A DNA stretch of 64,000 nucleotides from Mayamaea pseudoterrestris (lineage: Eukaryota): the NCBI GenBank assembly GCA_027923505.1, contig BROI01000024.1, positions 62,001-126,000 on the forward strand. The letters run 5' to 3'. Below, piece after piece: positions 1 to 12,148 of the stretch (the first letter of the stretch is position 1; the number at the start of each line of letters is the position of its first letter). Both the position numbers and the translations under genes were made by a program. The notes beneath the pieces were generated by a model. That model was not told the origin of the DNA. It was given only the letters and a program-made list of their open reading frames with translations, and searched no databases.

Positions 1-2
1 CG

Positions 3-425
3 AGCGCAAACAGCACTTTTACAAAGGAATCCTGCACCAAGGTCTGCCATTTTCACAATTTTACCGACGATGATGCTGCCATGGGCGATGATGGCATTGT
101 CTCATCAAGCAATGGAACCATAATTTCGGGCCCAATGGAACACTGCTACTTTGGCGGCAATTGCACGATCCTTTCGGTTTCGAGCGGTGCTGCGGAGTTG
201 ACGGCTACTTGGACGGCGACGACAGGCCCCGCCAATTCCACTTCCATTTCCGTCTACAGCGACTCGGCCTACAAAACCCGCTCGTCCTCGTATGGCAAAT
301 CCCGTAGCGCTTCGGTGTCGCTCAATGTTTTGGTTAACAAGAAGGCGATCAGCATCCCCTCGCAGGCCAATTTGACGGGCAGCATTTCCACTTCGAGTAG
401 CAAGGATATCTACACGACGTATTAA
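3..425 (+). CDS. 3' end of an unknown Ser/Thr-rich, probably extracellular protein (5'-partial)
   Basis: The frame is open from base 3 (SANSTFTKESCTKVCHF...) through ORF 81..425 to TAA. It has several Cys and N-x-S/T sites but no recognisable family. Confidence 0.5.
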   Translation, partial: SANSTFTKESCTKVCHFHNFTDDDAAMGDDGIVSSSNGTIISGPMEHCYFGGNCTILSVSSGAAELTATWTATTGPANSTSISVYSDSAYKTRSSSYGKSRSASVSLNVLVNKKAISIPSQANLTGSISTSSSKDIYTTY

Positions 426-883
426 CTGAATGGTGCGGCGAATGATTGTTGACGCGCATGCATGTTTGAAATCAATTTTGACGTAGGATCCACAGCTTTG
501 CATCACCTACCAATAACACTCAAATGAGATAATATCGTATACTCAATTGTAACTTTATGAACCTTTTCTTTCTTGTTCTCCGATGCTAGATCGCCGAGAC
601 GACCAAGTCATGATAGCGTCCGTCGCAATGCCACTCGTGTGAAATCGTCGATTTGACTTGGCGACGAAAACAGCTAAATGCTTCGTCGAAGGCGTGCCGG
701 CGCGACAGGAGCGAGAGCCAAGGATGCGGAAGAATGCGCCGAAACGGAAAGCTGACGGCCACTTGACGATCCAAAGAGTTGCTGCAACTGGCGGACCTCT
801 GCTGTTCGTTATTGACGAGGAAGCAATACTCTAGTAGAATAACAAAAGATCTTTTAGGGAATGCGAAATTTGAGAGCTCGAGA

Positions 884-2053
884 ATGAGTAACGAAACAGC
901 AACCAGCACGGCCGTCAACGACTCGCCCACCACAATCATTGAAGACACAAACGACGAAGGTATTGTTGTTTCATACAAGTGCAACTACCATGTCAAGACG
1001 GGAGCAATTGCCAGTAGCAATGGCAAGGAAATCAATAGCTTTTACGAAATGCTTCTTCCTTGTCGAGACGATCCGGAGGACGCCATGAGAACTGTCGCTT
1101 CCGAGCTTCTCGACTCGCTCGGAAATACCTTTGGATTGCTACCCGACGGAAGCGCCTGCACCATTCCGGACACGACCTTGGATGCTTGGGTCATTGGCGA
1201 AGCTTCCGCGCCAGCAGATTCAGTCGTTTCTCACATGGATTGCAGCAAACTGTCGATGGGTGACAATCAAGAGCTTTGTTGCATCGTTGTGGAAGCTCCC
1301 ATGACATTTTGGGTTAGCAGTACCAACTTTAAAGATCAAGACGTTTTGAAATATGTCGCTTCCGACTTGAATGCTGGAGCATTCACGTATCAGACTGCCT
1401 ACATTGGATCAATGATTCAGTATACAGGAAATGCCGGTACGGACCAAGTTCCTACGTTTCCGGACGACGATCCCGTCATTGCTGGCATTGCCAATTCGCC
1501 AAACACCAGCGCCAAGAATACCAAGTCTCCCATTACCATCCTTGGAGGCTTTCTAGTGGCAGCATTGGTCATTGTGGTCGTCTTTGGAATTGCTGTCGTG
1601 ACCATTCGTCGTCGGCGGCAAAATCGCAAGTATGCGCTCGAAGAAAAAGAGATGGCTGATAAAGATTCTCTAAAATACTCCAAGGATGATGACTCCATTG
1701 GGCACGTTTCATTTGACGTTGGCCAAGGAATTGCAAACATGCATCAGCTGCATTCGCGTGGAATGGCTACTACAGCAACAAGCAACTCCTTCGGTTTAGA
1801 CAATCCAACGGACGATTGCGAGCGTCCGCAGAGTTACACGTTTGATATTGCCAACAGTATGAAGAATCACATTATGAGTCAGTATGGAAGTAGCCCGGGA
1901 CGAGGCGGAAGCTATGGCCCTAATGGCACAGCGGCCTTTCCTCCATACGCCATGGAGGAGACATCGGATAGCGAAGTCGACTCGTGGGCGCAGACGGAAG
2001 GAACTGTTGGTAGCCTCGAGGAAAACTTGGAGCAAATTACTGCGGAGATTTGA
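884..2053 (+). CDS. Hypothetical single-pass membrane protein
   Basis: First ATG at 884 in the ORF 779..2053. Cys-containing N-terminal region, one TM helix (ITILGGFLVAALVIVVVFGIAVVTI) followed by RRRRQNRK, and an acidic tail. Confidence 0.75.
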   Translation: MSNETATSTAVNDSPTTIIEDTNDEGIVVSYKCNYHVKTGAIASSNGKEINSFYEMLLPCRDDPEDAMRTVASELLDSLGNTFGLLPDGSACTIPDTTLDAWVIGEASAPADSVVSHMDCSKLSMGDNQELCCIVVEAPMTFWVSSTNFKDQDVLKYVASDLNAGAFTYQTAYIGSMIQYTGNAGTDQVPTFPDDDPVIAGIANSPNTSAKNTKSPITILGGFLVAALVIVVVFGIAVVTIRRRRQNRKYALEEKEMADKDSLKYSKDDDSIGHVSFDVGQGIANMHQLHSRGMATTATSNSFGLDNPTDDCERPQSYTFDIANSMKNHIMSQYGSSPGRGGSYGPNGTAAFPPYAMEETSDSEVDSWAQTEGTVGSLEENLEQITAEI

Positions 2054-2443
2054 TTTTAATGCGGATGGAGCTCGTTGTAAATTATGCTCGCGGTGCCTTT
2101 TTCATGTAACCATTATTAGAACCTTTTTTGTGCTTTTTTCATTTCGAAAGGTTGCTACTGTAGGAACGACGTAGCAGTACATCGTTAATAGAGTAGTCTT
2201 GAGGTAAGGGATGGCAACGCAAACTGAACAAGGGAAGAAGCATAGCCTACATTAGTTAGCTCAGATGCTATCGAATGTCTCAGCGGTTCAACGGCTCCTG
2301 CCGATGCTGACGTCGACACGGAGGCTGTCCGATCCGCATCATGCACCTCCATTGTGGTCTTACCGATAGTGCCACTCACGGGAACAAGGCGTCCTTTCTT
2401 TTGGTCAATCATCATTGCATCTTGAAATTTACACGTTGCAAAC

Positions 2444-3959
2444 ATGAGCTCTACCGGTATGTCAAATTTGTTAGCATTTTTGTCGTGTTTGATTGTTGAA
2501 GAGGCGAAGCGAGTGCTGCATCTTGACTTTGGTGCAGCCACTCGGAACGGTCGGTTGTGTAATACTCTACTCTTGCATTGTGTTGTCTCTACTTGTCGCT
2601 CTGCAGTGGCTCACCCTGTTTTACTTTTTCATTTACAGGAATGATGGAGCAGTGGCAGCTGCAGCAAAAAGCGCTCAAAGAGCAGGAACGCTTGAAGAAA
2701 CTCGAGTCGGCGGATATGCTGAACAAGTTTCGAGGAGGAACGGTTACGGAGGAAGAGCTAAAGCTGAAAGCCATCAAGGAGGAGGAGCGTCTGAAGAAAT
2801 TGGAAACGACGGAAATGCACAAGCAGTATCGAGGTGGCGTGAGCGAGGGCGAGTTGAAACTCTCCGCCTTGCGACAGGAGGACCGAATGAAGAAGCAAGA
2901 GGCGATTGAAAATCACCATGGATACCGTCTTTCAGCGGAGGATATCGAGAAGCGAGAGCGCAAACAAAGAGACGAACAGTATCCATTGCCTGTCAAAGTG
3001 GACCATTCCGACTCGCGAGACTTGATTAAGGAAGGCGCTGTGAATCGCTTGAAAGGAAATTTCGATAGCCCCAATGGCAGCAAGAATCATATTACTGGAT
3101 CGCCGTCTGCCAGCCGTAAATTTGTAAGCGAAGGGAATATTGAGCAGATTCTTTCTCCGACGTTGGACGATGCGCCAGCACATGAAGAAGCAGCAAAGTA
3201 CATTTCTAGCGGGGTCGGATCGAGTAGCTATTCGTTTGTCGATAGTGACGGCGGCAACGAAGAGAAGAAGAGCAATGAGGCGGCAAGATTCCATTCTGAC
3301 AAAGACTTTTTGCCGACGGAAGAGGATGCCACGTACTTCGACGCCGGTAGTGGTTGTGGGGTTGTCCAGCCGCAGTCAGTCATGGAAAATGTATCAACAG
3401 CGACCGCGAACACTGCTATTAAAAATTGTAGCGCCAAGGAAGCTGCTACCGGTAGTCTGAATGCTCGTGATTCGGTCGCTGACGAGAAAAGGTCTTCACA
3501 TGCTGCTCTGTCGGCTGGCGGTAATTCGGCTACGATCCGGCACGAAATTGGCTTCTCGTTCGGCGTCATTACGACCGCTCAGAAGCCTGAGATGCAGGGA
3601 TATATGCAAGCCGTTGCACGAGAAATAAAAGAATTGTTTGTACAGAGCCACGACGCTTTGTTGGACGCTTCATACGACGTGAATTGTCAGCCGTTCGTGA
3701 AGGACATTGCTTGTGATGGTATGTCGATGTTCGAGTGTCTACTTATCTTGCACGTACATGTTCCTGTGACTTACTTTTATGATATGCTTCTTTTTTAGAA
3801 AACTACAGCGCTGGACGCGATGACGGTGTACACAGATTTCTCATTACAGCCGCGGTACCCATCTTTGCGACATGTAATGACATTGTCTCCGCGAAAAAGA
3901 TCGTAATCCAGCGACTACAAGTGGCGCTACAGTCAGGACGCTTTCTCTTACCTGAGTAA
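2444..3959 (+). CDS. Hypothetical protein with N-terminal charged helical repeats; 3 exons (2444-2456, 2639-3718, 3799-3959)
   Basis: GTATGT...CAG intron 2457-2638 joins MSSTG to MMEQWQ in frame. GTATGT...TAG intron 3719-3798 continues the frame to TAA at 3957-3959. Confidence 0.7.
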
Positions 3960-4426
3960 AGAAAGCAAAGCTATTAAAGGTGTTTGTTCCATAGTCATGA
4001 TTCGTTCAGCCTTGCAACTGAGAGTTGAACGACCTGAAGCTTGGCCGTCTTGTGCGAATGCTTAATTCGGCATAAGGAACAATTGCATGACTACGAATGT
4101 TTGCTGTAAATGCATTTCGTCACTGCCTTCTGCGGCATCGTAGGTATGCATACCGTAGTCCTGCTCATTCTTCCTACGTTAGCTACGGTAGCTGCCTTTT
4201 ACTCATTTAAGGATAAGGGGATTCGTCATCAGACAGATTCCGGGTCGTCAGCGAAGATCGCGGCGTTTTCTTCAAGCTGGACCAGCGACGAGGTGCATCT
4301 GCATGACAGCCAAAGGCAACCTCCGATTAATGGGTATACAGAAGGCAGCTAATAGGTGCTTCCATCGACTCAAACACCATCTCGACGTTGTCCACATCTG
4401 CCGCACTTCCTTGAGACATATACAAC

Positions 4427-6439
4427 ATGCAGCTGCTTAAAAGAAAACGCAACGAGAGCACAGCATGTGCGCCGTCCACGCCCGTGCAAGCCATCAGATT
4501 CTATCATGGAAATTTGCACATTTGGGTGCGGTTAACGATTATTCTGTTTAGCTCCGGTCTATCGTGTCAAGCTTTTCAGATTGAAGCATCACCGAGGAAG
4601 GCGCGACCGATTACTAGCGGTGGAAGAAAACGGTCACCTTTGCCGACTGCAAGAGTCACAAAGGAAGCCTCGCAAGCGTCATCGCAGCAGTTACTTGTCA
4701 AGCAGCTGAAACCACGAACTGGTCCGGGGAAGGAAAAACGAGAGCAAGTGCTACTTGCACTGCAGCGCAGTCAAGTCGAAACAGCGCTATCCGGTGTCAA
4801 TCAAGCACAAATTTTGGAGCTGCTAAGTGACCAATACCTCTATCCGCCCGCTGGAGAGTCCAACAATATACTTCAAACTGCGGCTGCTGTCAAGGCAGCT
4901 GCAAATCGGATAAGAAAGAGACCAAGTGGTCGGCCTGAATGCGTTCCTGGAGCTATGAACTATGAGACCATGGTCAAATACCGCCACCGGCAAGAGATTG
5001 CCAAACAATTGACTCTTGCCAAAGACATGAGTACCGACGAAATCCGAGCAGTTGCTCCATATGTCATCGTTAATGATGCTGACTCTTTTCAAACTAAAGA
5101 ATCGGTGCAAACGCAAGCTTCTCCTCCATTCATACCAATGTACCCGACTGAAGCTCCAGCTGAAAAGAAATACCCTGTGAAGGATGAAGCCGATCCAGGT
5201 GTTCGGCAGAAAAAGGCATCGAAGAAAATAACACGGAAGCAACAAACTGGGCTTGACTTGCAGAAGTATTTTGGGACAAATTTGCTGAACGCTGAGGAGG
5301 AGTATTCTCTTGGCTTAAAGGTCAATCTCATGGCTCGATGCCATGAAGTACATGAGGGTCTCGCCGCTCGACAAGCAAGACTACCCACAATCGAAGAATG
5401 GGCTTATGCGTGTGGATTTACGGACCCGGATCCGTCGTTCGAATTAATGGAAGCAGACGAAAGCCTGCGGCCTTTAGGAAGCGAGAATTTGTTTGAAGAA
5501 ACTGATCCGAACTTGTTCGTGGGTAACGGCTTGGCATCTGCGTCCGGGCCTGGGCGGGGTCGTGGCCGAGTCAAGTCTACACCTCCCACTAAGCTTAAGG
5601 ACTTTTATAATGATCCCCAGGCTCCACCGCTCAATAGGGGAACGGCGACCGATTTTGTCGAGTTTATGATGGATGCCAAAGCTGCCAAACAGCAAATGGT
5701 CGAAAGTAACATGCGGTTGGTCATCAGCATTGCGCGCAAGTACGCCAATGCCGGGCTTAGTCTCCAAGACCTTGTACAAGAAGGAAGCTTGGGTCTCTCG
5801 CGGGCGGCGGAGAAGTTTGAACCGACGAAAGGTTTCAAGTTCTCTACATATGCTTCATGGTGGATCCAACAGGCGATCTTCAGAGCCATTGCATATCACT
5901 CGCGCACAATTAGGCTTCCAGTGCATGTGCACAATCTGCTCAATCGCGTCAGAAAGATTCGCAATGGATTACAGCGCGAATTGAGCCGCGTCCCGACAAA
6001 CGAAGAGGTTGCAGCAAAGTTGAATATGCCTGTTCAAAAGTACAACAAGATGATTCGCTTGACGAAAAGAGCTATCTCTTTAGAAGTACCAAAGTATCGA
6101 AGCAATCCAAAGCAGCCTGGAGCAGAAAGTGAAGATCTCCTGGGCGAGATGATAGCGTCAAATAATTTGGATGAGACGTCGTCTGAATATAAGGTCGACC
6201 ACAGCCTATTTCACGAAGACCTCAAAGAAATGATGCTTAACCTAGAGGAAGACGAACGGAAGGTCATCACGCTGCGCTACGGGCTCAAAGATGGCCTAAC
6301 GCGCACCGTAACGTCGGTGGCGGCTGAATTGAGACAGTCTAAGGCGTGGGTCAGATCCCTAGAGTGCCGTGCACTCAGACGGTTAAGAAGGCCGTGGTAT
6401 GAAAAGAAGCTAAAGCAACATCAAGATGCGCTCATATAG
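4427..6439 (+). CDS. Nucleus-encoded, plastid-targeted RNA polymerase sigma-70 factor
   Basis: Region 2 [16 protein letters not shown]...[37 protein letters not shown], region 3 RTIRLPVH, region 4 VITLRYGL...[15 protein letters not shown] hydrophobic N-terminal stretch ends in SCQA-F, resembling a diatom bipartite signal. Confidence 0.93.
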   Translation: MQLLKRKRNESTACAPSTPVQAIRFYHGNLHIWVRLTIILFSSGLSCQAFQIEASPRKARPITSGGRKRSPLPTARVTKEASQASSQQLLVKQLKPRTGPGKEKREQVLLALQRSQVETALSGVNQAQILELLSDQYLYPPAGESNNILQTAAAVKAAANRIRKRPSGRPECVPGAMNYETMVKYRHRQEIAKQLTLAKDMSTDEIRAVAPYVIVNDADSFQTKESVQTQASPPFIPMYPTEAPAEKKYPVKDEADPGVRQKKASKKITRKQQTGLDLQKYFGTNLLNAEEEYSLGLKVNLMARCHEVHEGLAARQARLPTIEEWAYACGFTDPDPSFELMEADESLRPLGSENLFEETDPNLFVGNGLASASGPGRGRGRVKSTPPTKLKDFYNDPQAPPLNRGTATDFVEFMMDAKAAKQQMVESNMRLVISIARKYANAGLSLQDLVQEGSLGLSRAAEKFEPTKGFKFSTYASWWIQQAIFRAIAYHSRTIRLPVHVHNLLNRVRKIRNGLQRELSRVPTNEEVAAKLNMPVQKYNKMIRLTKRAISLEVPKYRSNPKQPGAESEDLLGEMIASNNLDETSSEYKVDHSLFHEDLKEMMLNLEEDERKVITLRYGLKDGLTRTVTSVAAELRQSKAWVRSLECRALRRLRRPWYEKKLKQHQDALI

Positions 6440-6531
6440 CAAGCACATCATTACATACCAATAAACATAGATTGATATAGAGTAATTTTCATCATTATTG
6501 TCGGTACTACCGGTAGGGACGCAGTCCGGTT

Positions 6532-8369
6532 TCATTCATCCATCGACTGCCCATCTGTTATTGGAGGTGATATTGTCTTGGGCATTAGGTCAGCCTCGCC
6601 AGCTTGACTCTCCGATTCTTCTACGAAATTCTCCGGCTCCAGATCTGGGATCGTTTCAGTGTCAGGCTCCTTCAGATTCTCGTAAAGCACCATGTGATAT
6701 CTATTAGCGCCATCTTTATTTCCGATGGAAGCTTCCAGTGAGCCTCGAATGTACGGCTCCACAATATCGGCATATAAGGTTTTGAAGCGCGTAGCAGCCT
6801 CGCGGAGAGCTGCTGCCTCGCCTTTAAAACCAGGAGTCATGACGACTCTCTCGTTGGCTGCCAGGTCTTGCTGCGTCTGCTTGATACATTCGCTCAATGA
6901 GGCCCGGAGCATGGAAACGATTCCAGGGAGCATACATCGACGAAGCTCGTTCAACTGCGTGTGAGAAAAAGGCACCTTAGCTACATTGTAATAAAGACTG
7001 CACGTGCACACAACTAGGCATGCCACTTACCCCAGTGAGAATCGCATTCACAAATCTCGCCAGAGGAGGAACTTCCATGAGCAAACGTGGAGGTGGTTGT
7101 GGATCTTCGAGTGGAACGTCTCCAGCAAGCTGAGCGTCTGCAGCATTTTCAACGGCCGCATGGCTCACGAGCGGCGCCGCTATTCCTGCATTCGCGCAAA
7201 TGTTCAACGTTTCCTTGAGCTGCGCCGATCCATCCCTCCACGGCTTCGTGACAATTGCATGCATCCGCGTCTCAAAAATTGGAACTAATTGTGCGGTAAA
7301 GTCTGCTCCCAGTCTGCCCATGGAACTGGCAAAAAAGACGGATGCTTCCAATGCATCACGAACCTGCGCCGAGTCTTCCGTACTTGCCAAATGAGTCGTT
7401 AGCAAGTTGAGAAACGCATGGATTCTACGAGCCATCCACATGCCCAATAACGATACTGTCGACTCGGTATGGCTCGAATCTGCTCGGAAAATGGCATTGA
7501 ATTGCGTAGCTACCTCAAATACGCTGAACGAAGAAACAGAAATATGAGTATTTCGATTATACGGCACTTTCAAATTTTGCTTGACACGCGTATGATACAT
7601 ACCGTGTACGATAACGTTCAATAGCATCCAAAAGATGCTCTGATGCCGACGGTAGTGCAACCGAAGGTCGACTTGAGGCAGGGGCGGTCGTCACGTCCAG
7701 CCATGCATCTCGATTCTCTAAAAAGTCAACCTGCAATCGCATTTCCATCGCTGCATGGACTCGTTCCAAATTGCTATTTTGCTGTCGCTCCAAATCAATC
7801 GAATTCAAGCGCCTCAGTGCCGTAACGACCTCAAGGCACTGCGGCATGGTTACAGGCGATTTCAATCGATGAAGCAAATGGCGTCGTAAATCTCCCTGCC
7901 TCGAACGAATCTGCACAATGACTCGGGTCACCACAGTGTTGCTGTCCTTGTGGCGCCGCTCCAATGTATTTGAAAAGGCGGCAATACTCAGCGCATCTTC
8001 GTATAGGCTGCTTCGAACGCATGCATCCATCAATGAAGGCAATTCCAATAGTTCCAACAGTGATGAATGTTGAAGCAGCGTGCGACGCCGAACCCGATGA
8101 TTCTCCGCCAGCGCTGCCAGTGAACTTTCCTTGTCTTCATCTTGCTCCAACGTCTTTTGCGCCTCTACAACTTTCACTTCTACGTCTTTAATGGTCGCCT
8201 GCAAGTCCTTGAGCGCCTGCTCCATCGCACGCGCCCGTCGCTCGACGGATACAAAGGTTCCGGCGTGCGAGGCGCAGAGCGTTTGCAGCTGCTCCTCGGC
8301 GGCATCGAGCGCCGCCTTGGCAATGAGACGCTCATCTAGCTGCGAACTTCCCAATAACTCGGATGCCAT
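6532..8369 (-). CDS. COG8: Conserved oligomeric Golgi complex subunit 8 (Dor1 family); 3 exons
   Basis: Motifs LLELLELPSLMDACVRSSLYEDAL, CLEVVTALRRL, VFEVATQFNAIF, FFASSMGRLGADF, PPLARFVNAILTGLNELRRC. GT-AG introns at 7524-7602 and 6955-7030 restore a single frame. Confidence 0.9.
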
Positions 8370-8537
8370 GATGTAAACCGATGGTGCGGTGCGTGTTATT
8401 TGGTAAGCAAAGTGTGCCGCTCGCTATTATTTAGAATGTGGGCGGTCAGCATGGCGTGTTGCCGTGCCATGGTGGTGCTGTGTCGCACAGGTTATAATGC
8501 GACAATATCTTTCGTTCACAAAGCCAACACAAAGACT

Positions 8538-8828
8538 CCAATAGTCTTGCTCCATGACTTCTCTTCTGGCTATGCTTGGGGAGACGTATGCAAAGAGATT
8601 GGTGCATAACATTCATTCACAGCTTAAGTGCAGCATCAGTTGTTTGGGAGGGCAATGTCCCCACAGTAACCAGTTCCATGTTGCTACAGTGTGTGGCCTT
8701 CATAGACTACCCCAATAGCCTTGCTCCATGAATTGTGTTTTGGCTATGCTTCGGGACACCTATGCAGTGAGATTGGTACATAACAATCATTCCCAGCTCA
8801 CGTGTAGCATCAGTTGTTTGGTAGGGCA
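8538..8828. repeat. Diverged direct repeat: two ~117-bp copies (8538-8654, 8712-8828), period 174 bp, in CpG-poor DNA
   Basis: Manual ungapped alignment of ccaatagtcttgctccatga...gttgtttgggagggca against ccaatagccttgctccatga...gttgtttggtagggca gives about 17 mismatches in 117 nt. Confidence 0.85.
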
Positions 8829-9108
8829 GACATTTACACTCCTACCACAATATTGTAACAACTGGCATAGAAGTCCCACCTTGCCCGTAGGTGCCATATA
8901 ATTCTGATACCAGCATTGGAGTACATGTTTAAAGCCTAGCAACAGTACGCAAAGATTTGCCTTATAAGTTAAGCGAGGAATCTCACAAGTTTACCGCAAC
9001 CGGCAAGACAGGATAGTATGGGCAGTGCCAAGCACTACGCATATATCGTCGTGCGATGTTCCGTGCTTCAAATCGAGCTATTAAACACAAACAGTTTGAC
9101 TGCAACAA

Positions 9109-9948
9109 TTAGTACATTCCACTATTACCGACTCTCCATGGTGGCCAGTAAACAAAAACTGCTCTGCCAATGACATTCTCAGCGGGAAGGAATCCCCAAA
9201 TATGACCATCCAAACTATTGTTCCGATTGTCACCCAGAACCAAAACGCAACCAGTTGGCACTGTCACTGGACCAAACTTGTACGCAGCATCTTCCGTGAC
9301 CCATGGCTCCTCCTGCATGTCGCCATTAACATATAGCTTGCCTCCCTTGACTTCGACTTGATCATTTTCAACAGCAACAATGCGTTTAATAAGTGCCTCC
9401 TTGGCCTTGCCAGGATCGCCATATCCTGTTACAATCTCTCGGAACGATTGAGGAGGGTTGAAAACAACCACTTCGTTGCGGTAGAATGGCTTGAGTCGCT
9501 TTGTCACCTTTTCAACGGCGAGCTGGTCGCCGACTTCAAAGGTTGGGTACATGCTGAGACTTGGAATGTATCGCGGCTCGACAATAAGAAATCGAATAAT
9601 GAGGGCAATTAATAGGCTAACAAAGTATGTTTTCACATCTTCTCGACCCTCGTCAGAGTTGAACCATTGCCGAATGGATTGAAGAAAGCCGCCGTCTTGC
9701 TGCTTGTCGGACGACGGCGAGTCTTCCTCCCAGTTGCTATTCAAACTAGGAGTAATATCATCAGCTGATCCATCTTTATCTGACGCATATATCGGCCAAG
9801 ATATTTTTGATCTTATTCGCGTCCTCCTTATAGCATGTGATGATGGTGTGAAAGGAGATCCGCCTTGGAAGGCAGCCGTTTGTTGGGGCAGCGATAACAG
9901 CACTAATAATGCCGCTGGGACCATCAATCTCGCTATACATCGATACAT
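9109..9948 (-). CDS. Thylakoidal processing peptidase (signal peptidase I family), plastid-targeted
   Basis: Catalytic Ser box EPRYIPSLSMYPT, Lys box ALIKRIVA, and GDNRNNSLDGHIWG. The signal peptide ends in TAA-F. Confidence 0.92.
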   Translation of the reverse strand: MYRCIARLMVPAALLVLLSLPQQTAAFQGGSPFTPSSHAIRRTRIRSKISWPIYASDKDGSADDITPSLNSNWEEDSPSSDKQQDGGFLQSIRQWFNSDEGREDVKTYFVSLLIALIIRFLIVEPRYIPSLSMYPTFEVGDQLAVEKVTKRLKPFYRNEVVVFNPPQSFREIVTGYGDPGKAKEALIKRIVAVENDQVEVKGGKLYVNGDMQEEPWVTEDAAYKFGPVTVPTGCVLVLGDNRNNSLDGHIWGFLPAENVIGRAVFVYWPPWRVGNSGMY

Positions 9949-10240
9949 ATCAAGCGAGTTGCAGTGCCTAGAAGACGCTGCCTGGGTATGCGGTGGCCTT
10001 TAAGATCTATTATCGGATCCGACAGCAGCTGGCGAGTTGCATACAGATCCCATGGTGACAACGCGAAAACGTCAGTGCTTCAAGAACCGGTACGATATCG
10101 TAAGTGAATGCTAGCTATGGTGCTCAAACCAAAAATGCTACGGCTTGCGTGTTCATGTAGTGGTTTTTACTATACCGCATACTAGCAGTCCTATATCTAA
10201 TCCAGTGTTTGTATAGAAAATATTCGCAAAGATAAACTAG

Positions 10241-11830
10241 TTACTCAGAGTTAGATCCACCCGCGGCTGAAGAATCGTCTCCACTTTGTGCGCTCTCCAC
10301 CTCGGCATTCTCCATTTCAATCTGACCTGCGTCCTGATTAGCATCAGCTGCGTCCACCAAATCTGGATTGCGAAGATTAATAATAGCGAGTCTATTTCTA
10401 GCACCTGGGATACGTGCCCAGCGGCCGAGCCGATGTTCTTGTCCGATTGCAGCGACGCAAAACCTTGCCTTTGGTCCAAACGCCACGGCGTTGATGTAGC
10501 CATCAAGTGGTATTTCAAATGCTCGTTCCAAGGATCGCTCATGCAGACGCGCACCCGTCTGCGCATTCCAGAAACGCAAAAAGCCATCACAGGAGCCGCT
10601 CACAACCAGGTCGCTCGAACGAAGCGCCGCAACACTTACAACAGGTCTTCCAATGCCGTTAGCATCAGCTCCATGGGAGTGTTCGATAGTGACGACAGCT
10701 TTCTTCTTTTCAGTCAGCCACATGCTCAAGTGTCCATCCTGATGCCCTGTGAGAAACCATTCATCCTTGATGAGACTGATGCTTTCAGCCGCTTGTATTT
10801 TAGCTCCCCCGCGAAAGATCAAGTGCGTATCCTCTGCCAATTTCCATGCCCGTGCTGTCCGATCGACTCCGACGGAAATGGGTCGCTCCCGGGCGAGGCA
10901 ATCAATCGCGGCGACGCCAAACTGGTGACCGTATAGAGTCTCCAAGTACATCATCTCATTCAAAGTATAATGACGTATACATCTATCGTCACTTCCCGAA
11001 AACAAATCATTCGTCCCCGACTGGAATGCCAGGCATGTGACGGCACCCTTGTGGCCGTCGAACGTGTGGACAAGATTATATTGCGCCTTGGCGCGAATGT
11101 CGAATATTTGCACCGTCGCGTTCCGTCGTCCCACAGCAGCGTATCGACCATCATCGGAACAAGCGACAGCAAGGACTTGGCCTTGCGTGCGAAATTTCTT
11201 TTGGTCGCCTGGGCTCGTTGGTTGCGACTTTTTCCAGTGCTCAGTAACCTTAGTTATGCGACGCTGATTTTCGACATCCCAAAGTATAACCGAATGGTCC
11301 TTGGAGCCTGAAATAGCCTTGTTTTCACCCGATAAGGCGACACAAGTCGGAGTCAAATCATGACCTCGAAACAAATGCACATGACCACCAGAGATCCAGT
11401 CCTTTGGAGTCGCATTCAGCGGCAACTTATGCTGCAAGGATTCAACGTGACGAAAGACTCTGTCAGCAATTGCTCGTTCAAAAGTTCCTTCTTTTTTCAT
11501 GCGTGCTTTTTGTAGTCGTCTGGCCGTGGGATCCTGCTCGTCGTCGTCATCCTCCTCGTCTGATTCTGACGACGACGTTGCAGATGCTCCATCGAGCTTG
11601 TCGAGGTATTCGCGGGCGAGGCGAACCTTTTTTGTTTCAAGAGGCTCATCATCGGCAGATTCTTCCTCCAAAGACGGCTCGCGACCGGCGGAATCCTCTT
11701 CGTCACTGCTCGAATCAATGTGATCATCTTTGTCGTTGGATGCACCAAGGTTCATTGATGGTTTCATGCGCTTGACATGGCCCCCTGCATTGGAGGGCGA
11801 CTGCTGCTTTCGTCGTCGCCGTTCAGACAT
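10241..11830 (-). CDS. RRP9: U3 snoRNP-associated WD40 protein RRP9/U3-55K
   Basis: Acidic N-terminus with KKVRLAREYL, WD40 repeats, YLETLYGHQ, and C-terminal AAIGQEHRLGRW. Confidence 0.92.
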   Translation of the reverse strand: MSERRRRKQQSPSNAGGHVKRMKPSMNLGASNDKDDHIDSSSDEEDSAGREPSLEEESADDEPLETKKVRLAREYLDKLDGASATSSSESDEEDDDDEQDPTARRLQKARMKKEGTFERAIADRVFRHVESLQHKLPLNATPKDWISGGHVHLFRGHDLTPTCVALSGENKAISGSKDHSVILWDVENQRRITKVTEHWKKSQPTSPGDQKKFRTQGQVLAVACSDDGRYAAVGRRNATVQIFDIRAKAQYNLVHTFDGHKGAVTCLAFQSGTNDLFSGSDDRCIRHYTLNEMMYLETLYGHQFGVAAIDCLARERPISVGVDRTARAWKLAEDTHLIFRGGAKIQAAESISLIKDEWFLTGHQDGHLSMWLTEKKKAVVTIEHSHGADANGIGRPVVSVAALRSSDLVVSGSCDGFLRFWNAQTGARLHERSLERAFEIPLDGYINAVAFGPKARFCVAAIGQEHRLGRWARIPGARNRLAIINLRNPDLVDAADANQDAGQIEMENAEVESAQSGDDSSAAGGSNSE

Positions 11831-12148
11831 GATAAACCTTCTGGTATCTTACTTGTTCCTACTGCTTGTGAAAGAATCTGTTATAGCAGTATTCAGTCAA
11901 ATGCCATTGTCGATCGGACTGGATTTGTTCTGCGAAATGGATGGCTCGAGCATCTAACAAGAGCAGAACCGGTCCGACGTAATTAAGTTCCTACTGACAT
12001 CATTTCATTCACGCTTACTCGCAAGTTGACGTTCCGCCGAAAGGATTTGCAGTTCCGTGCATTCAAGATTCAAGAGCTGAGCGGGATTTCTCATAACTGT
12101 AGTCAAGAGAAAAGCCACATGACAGACACAAATCCCCGGTAGTTGACA

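Noticed and set aside
2185..2541. 118-aa minus-strand ORF and other short intergenic ORFs (4110-4352, 26782-27060, 49316-49618)
   Set aside because: They have no recognisable motifs and overlap promoters, introns or UTRs of better-supported genes.
4427..6439. Sigma-70 factor, HslV and DnaK as bacterial contamination or recent HGT
   Set aside because: They carry organellar targeting extensions, HslV and Hsp70 have spliceosomal introns, and all sit among typical eukaryotic genes with the same composition.
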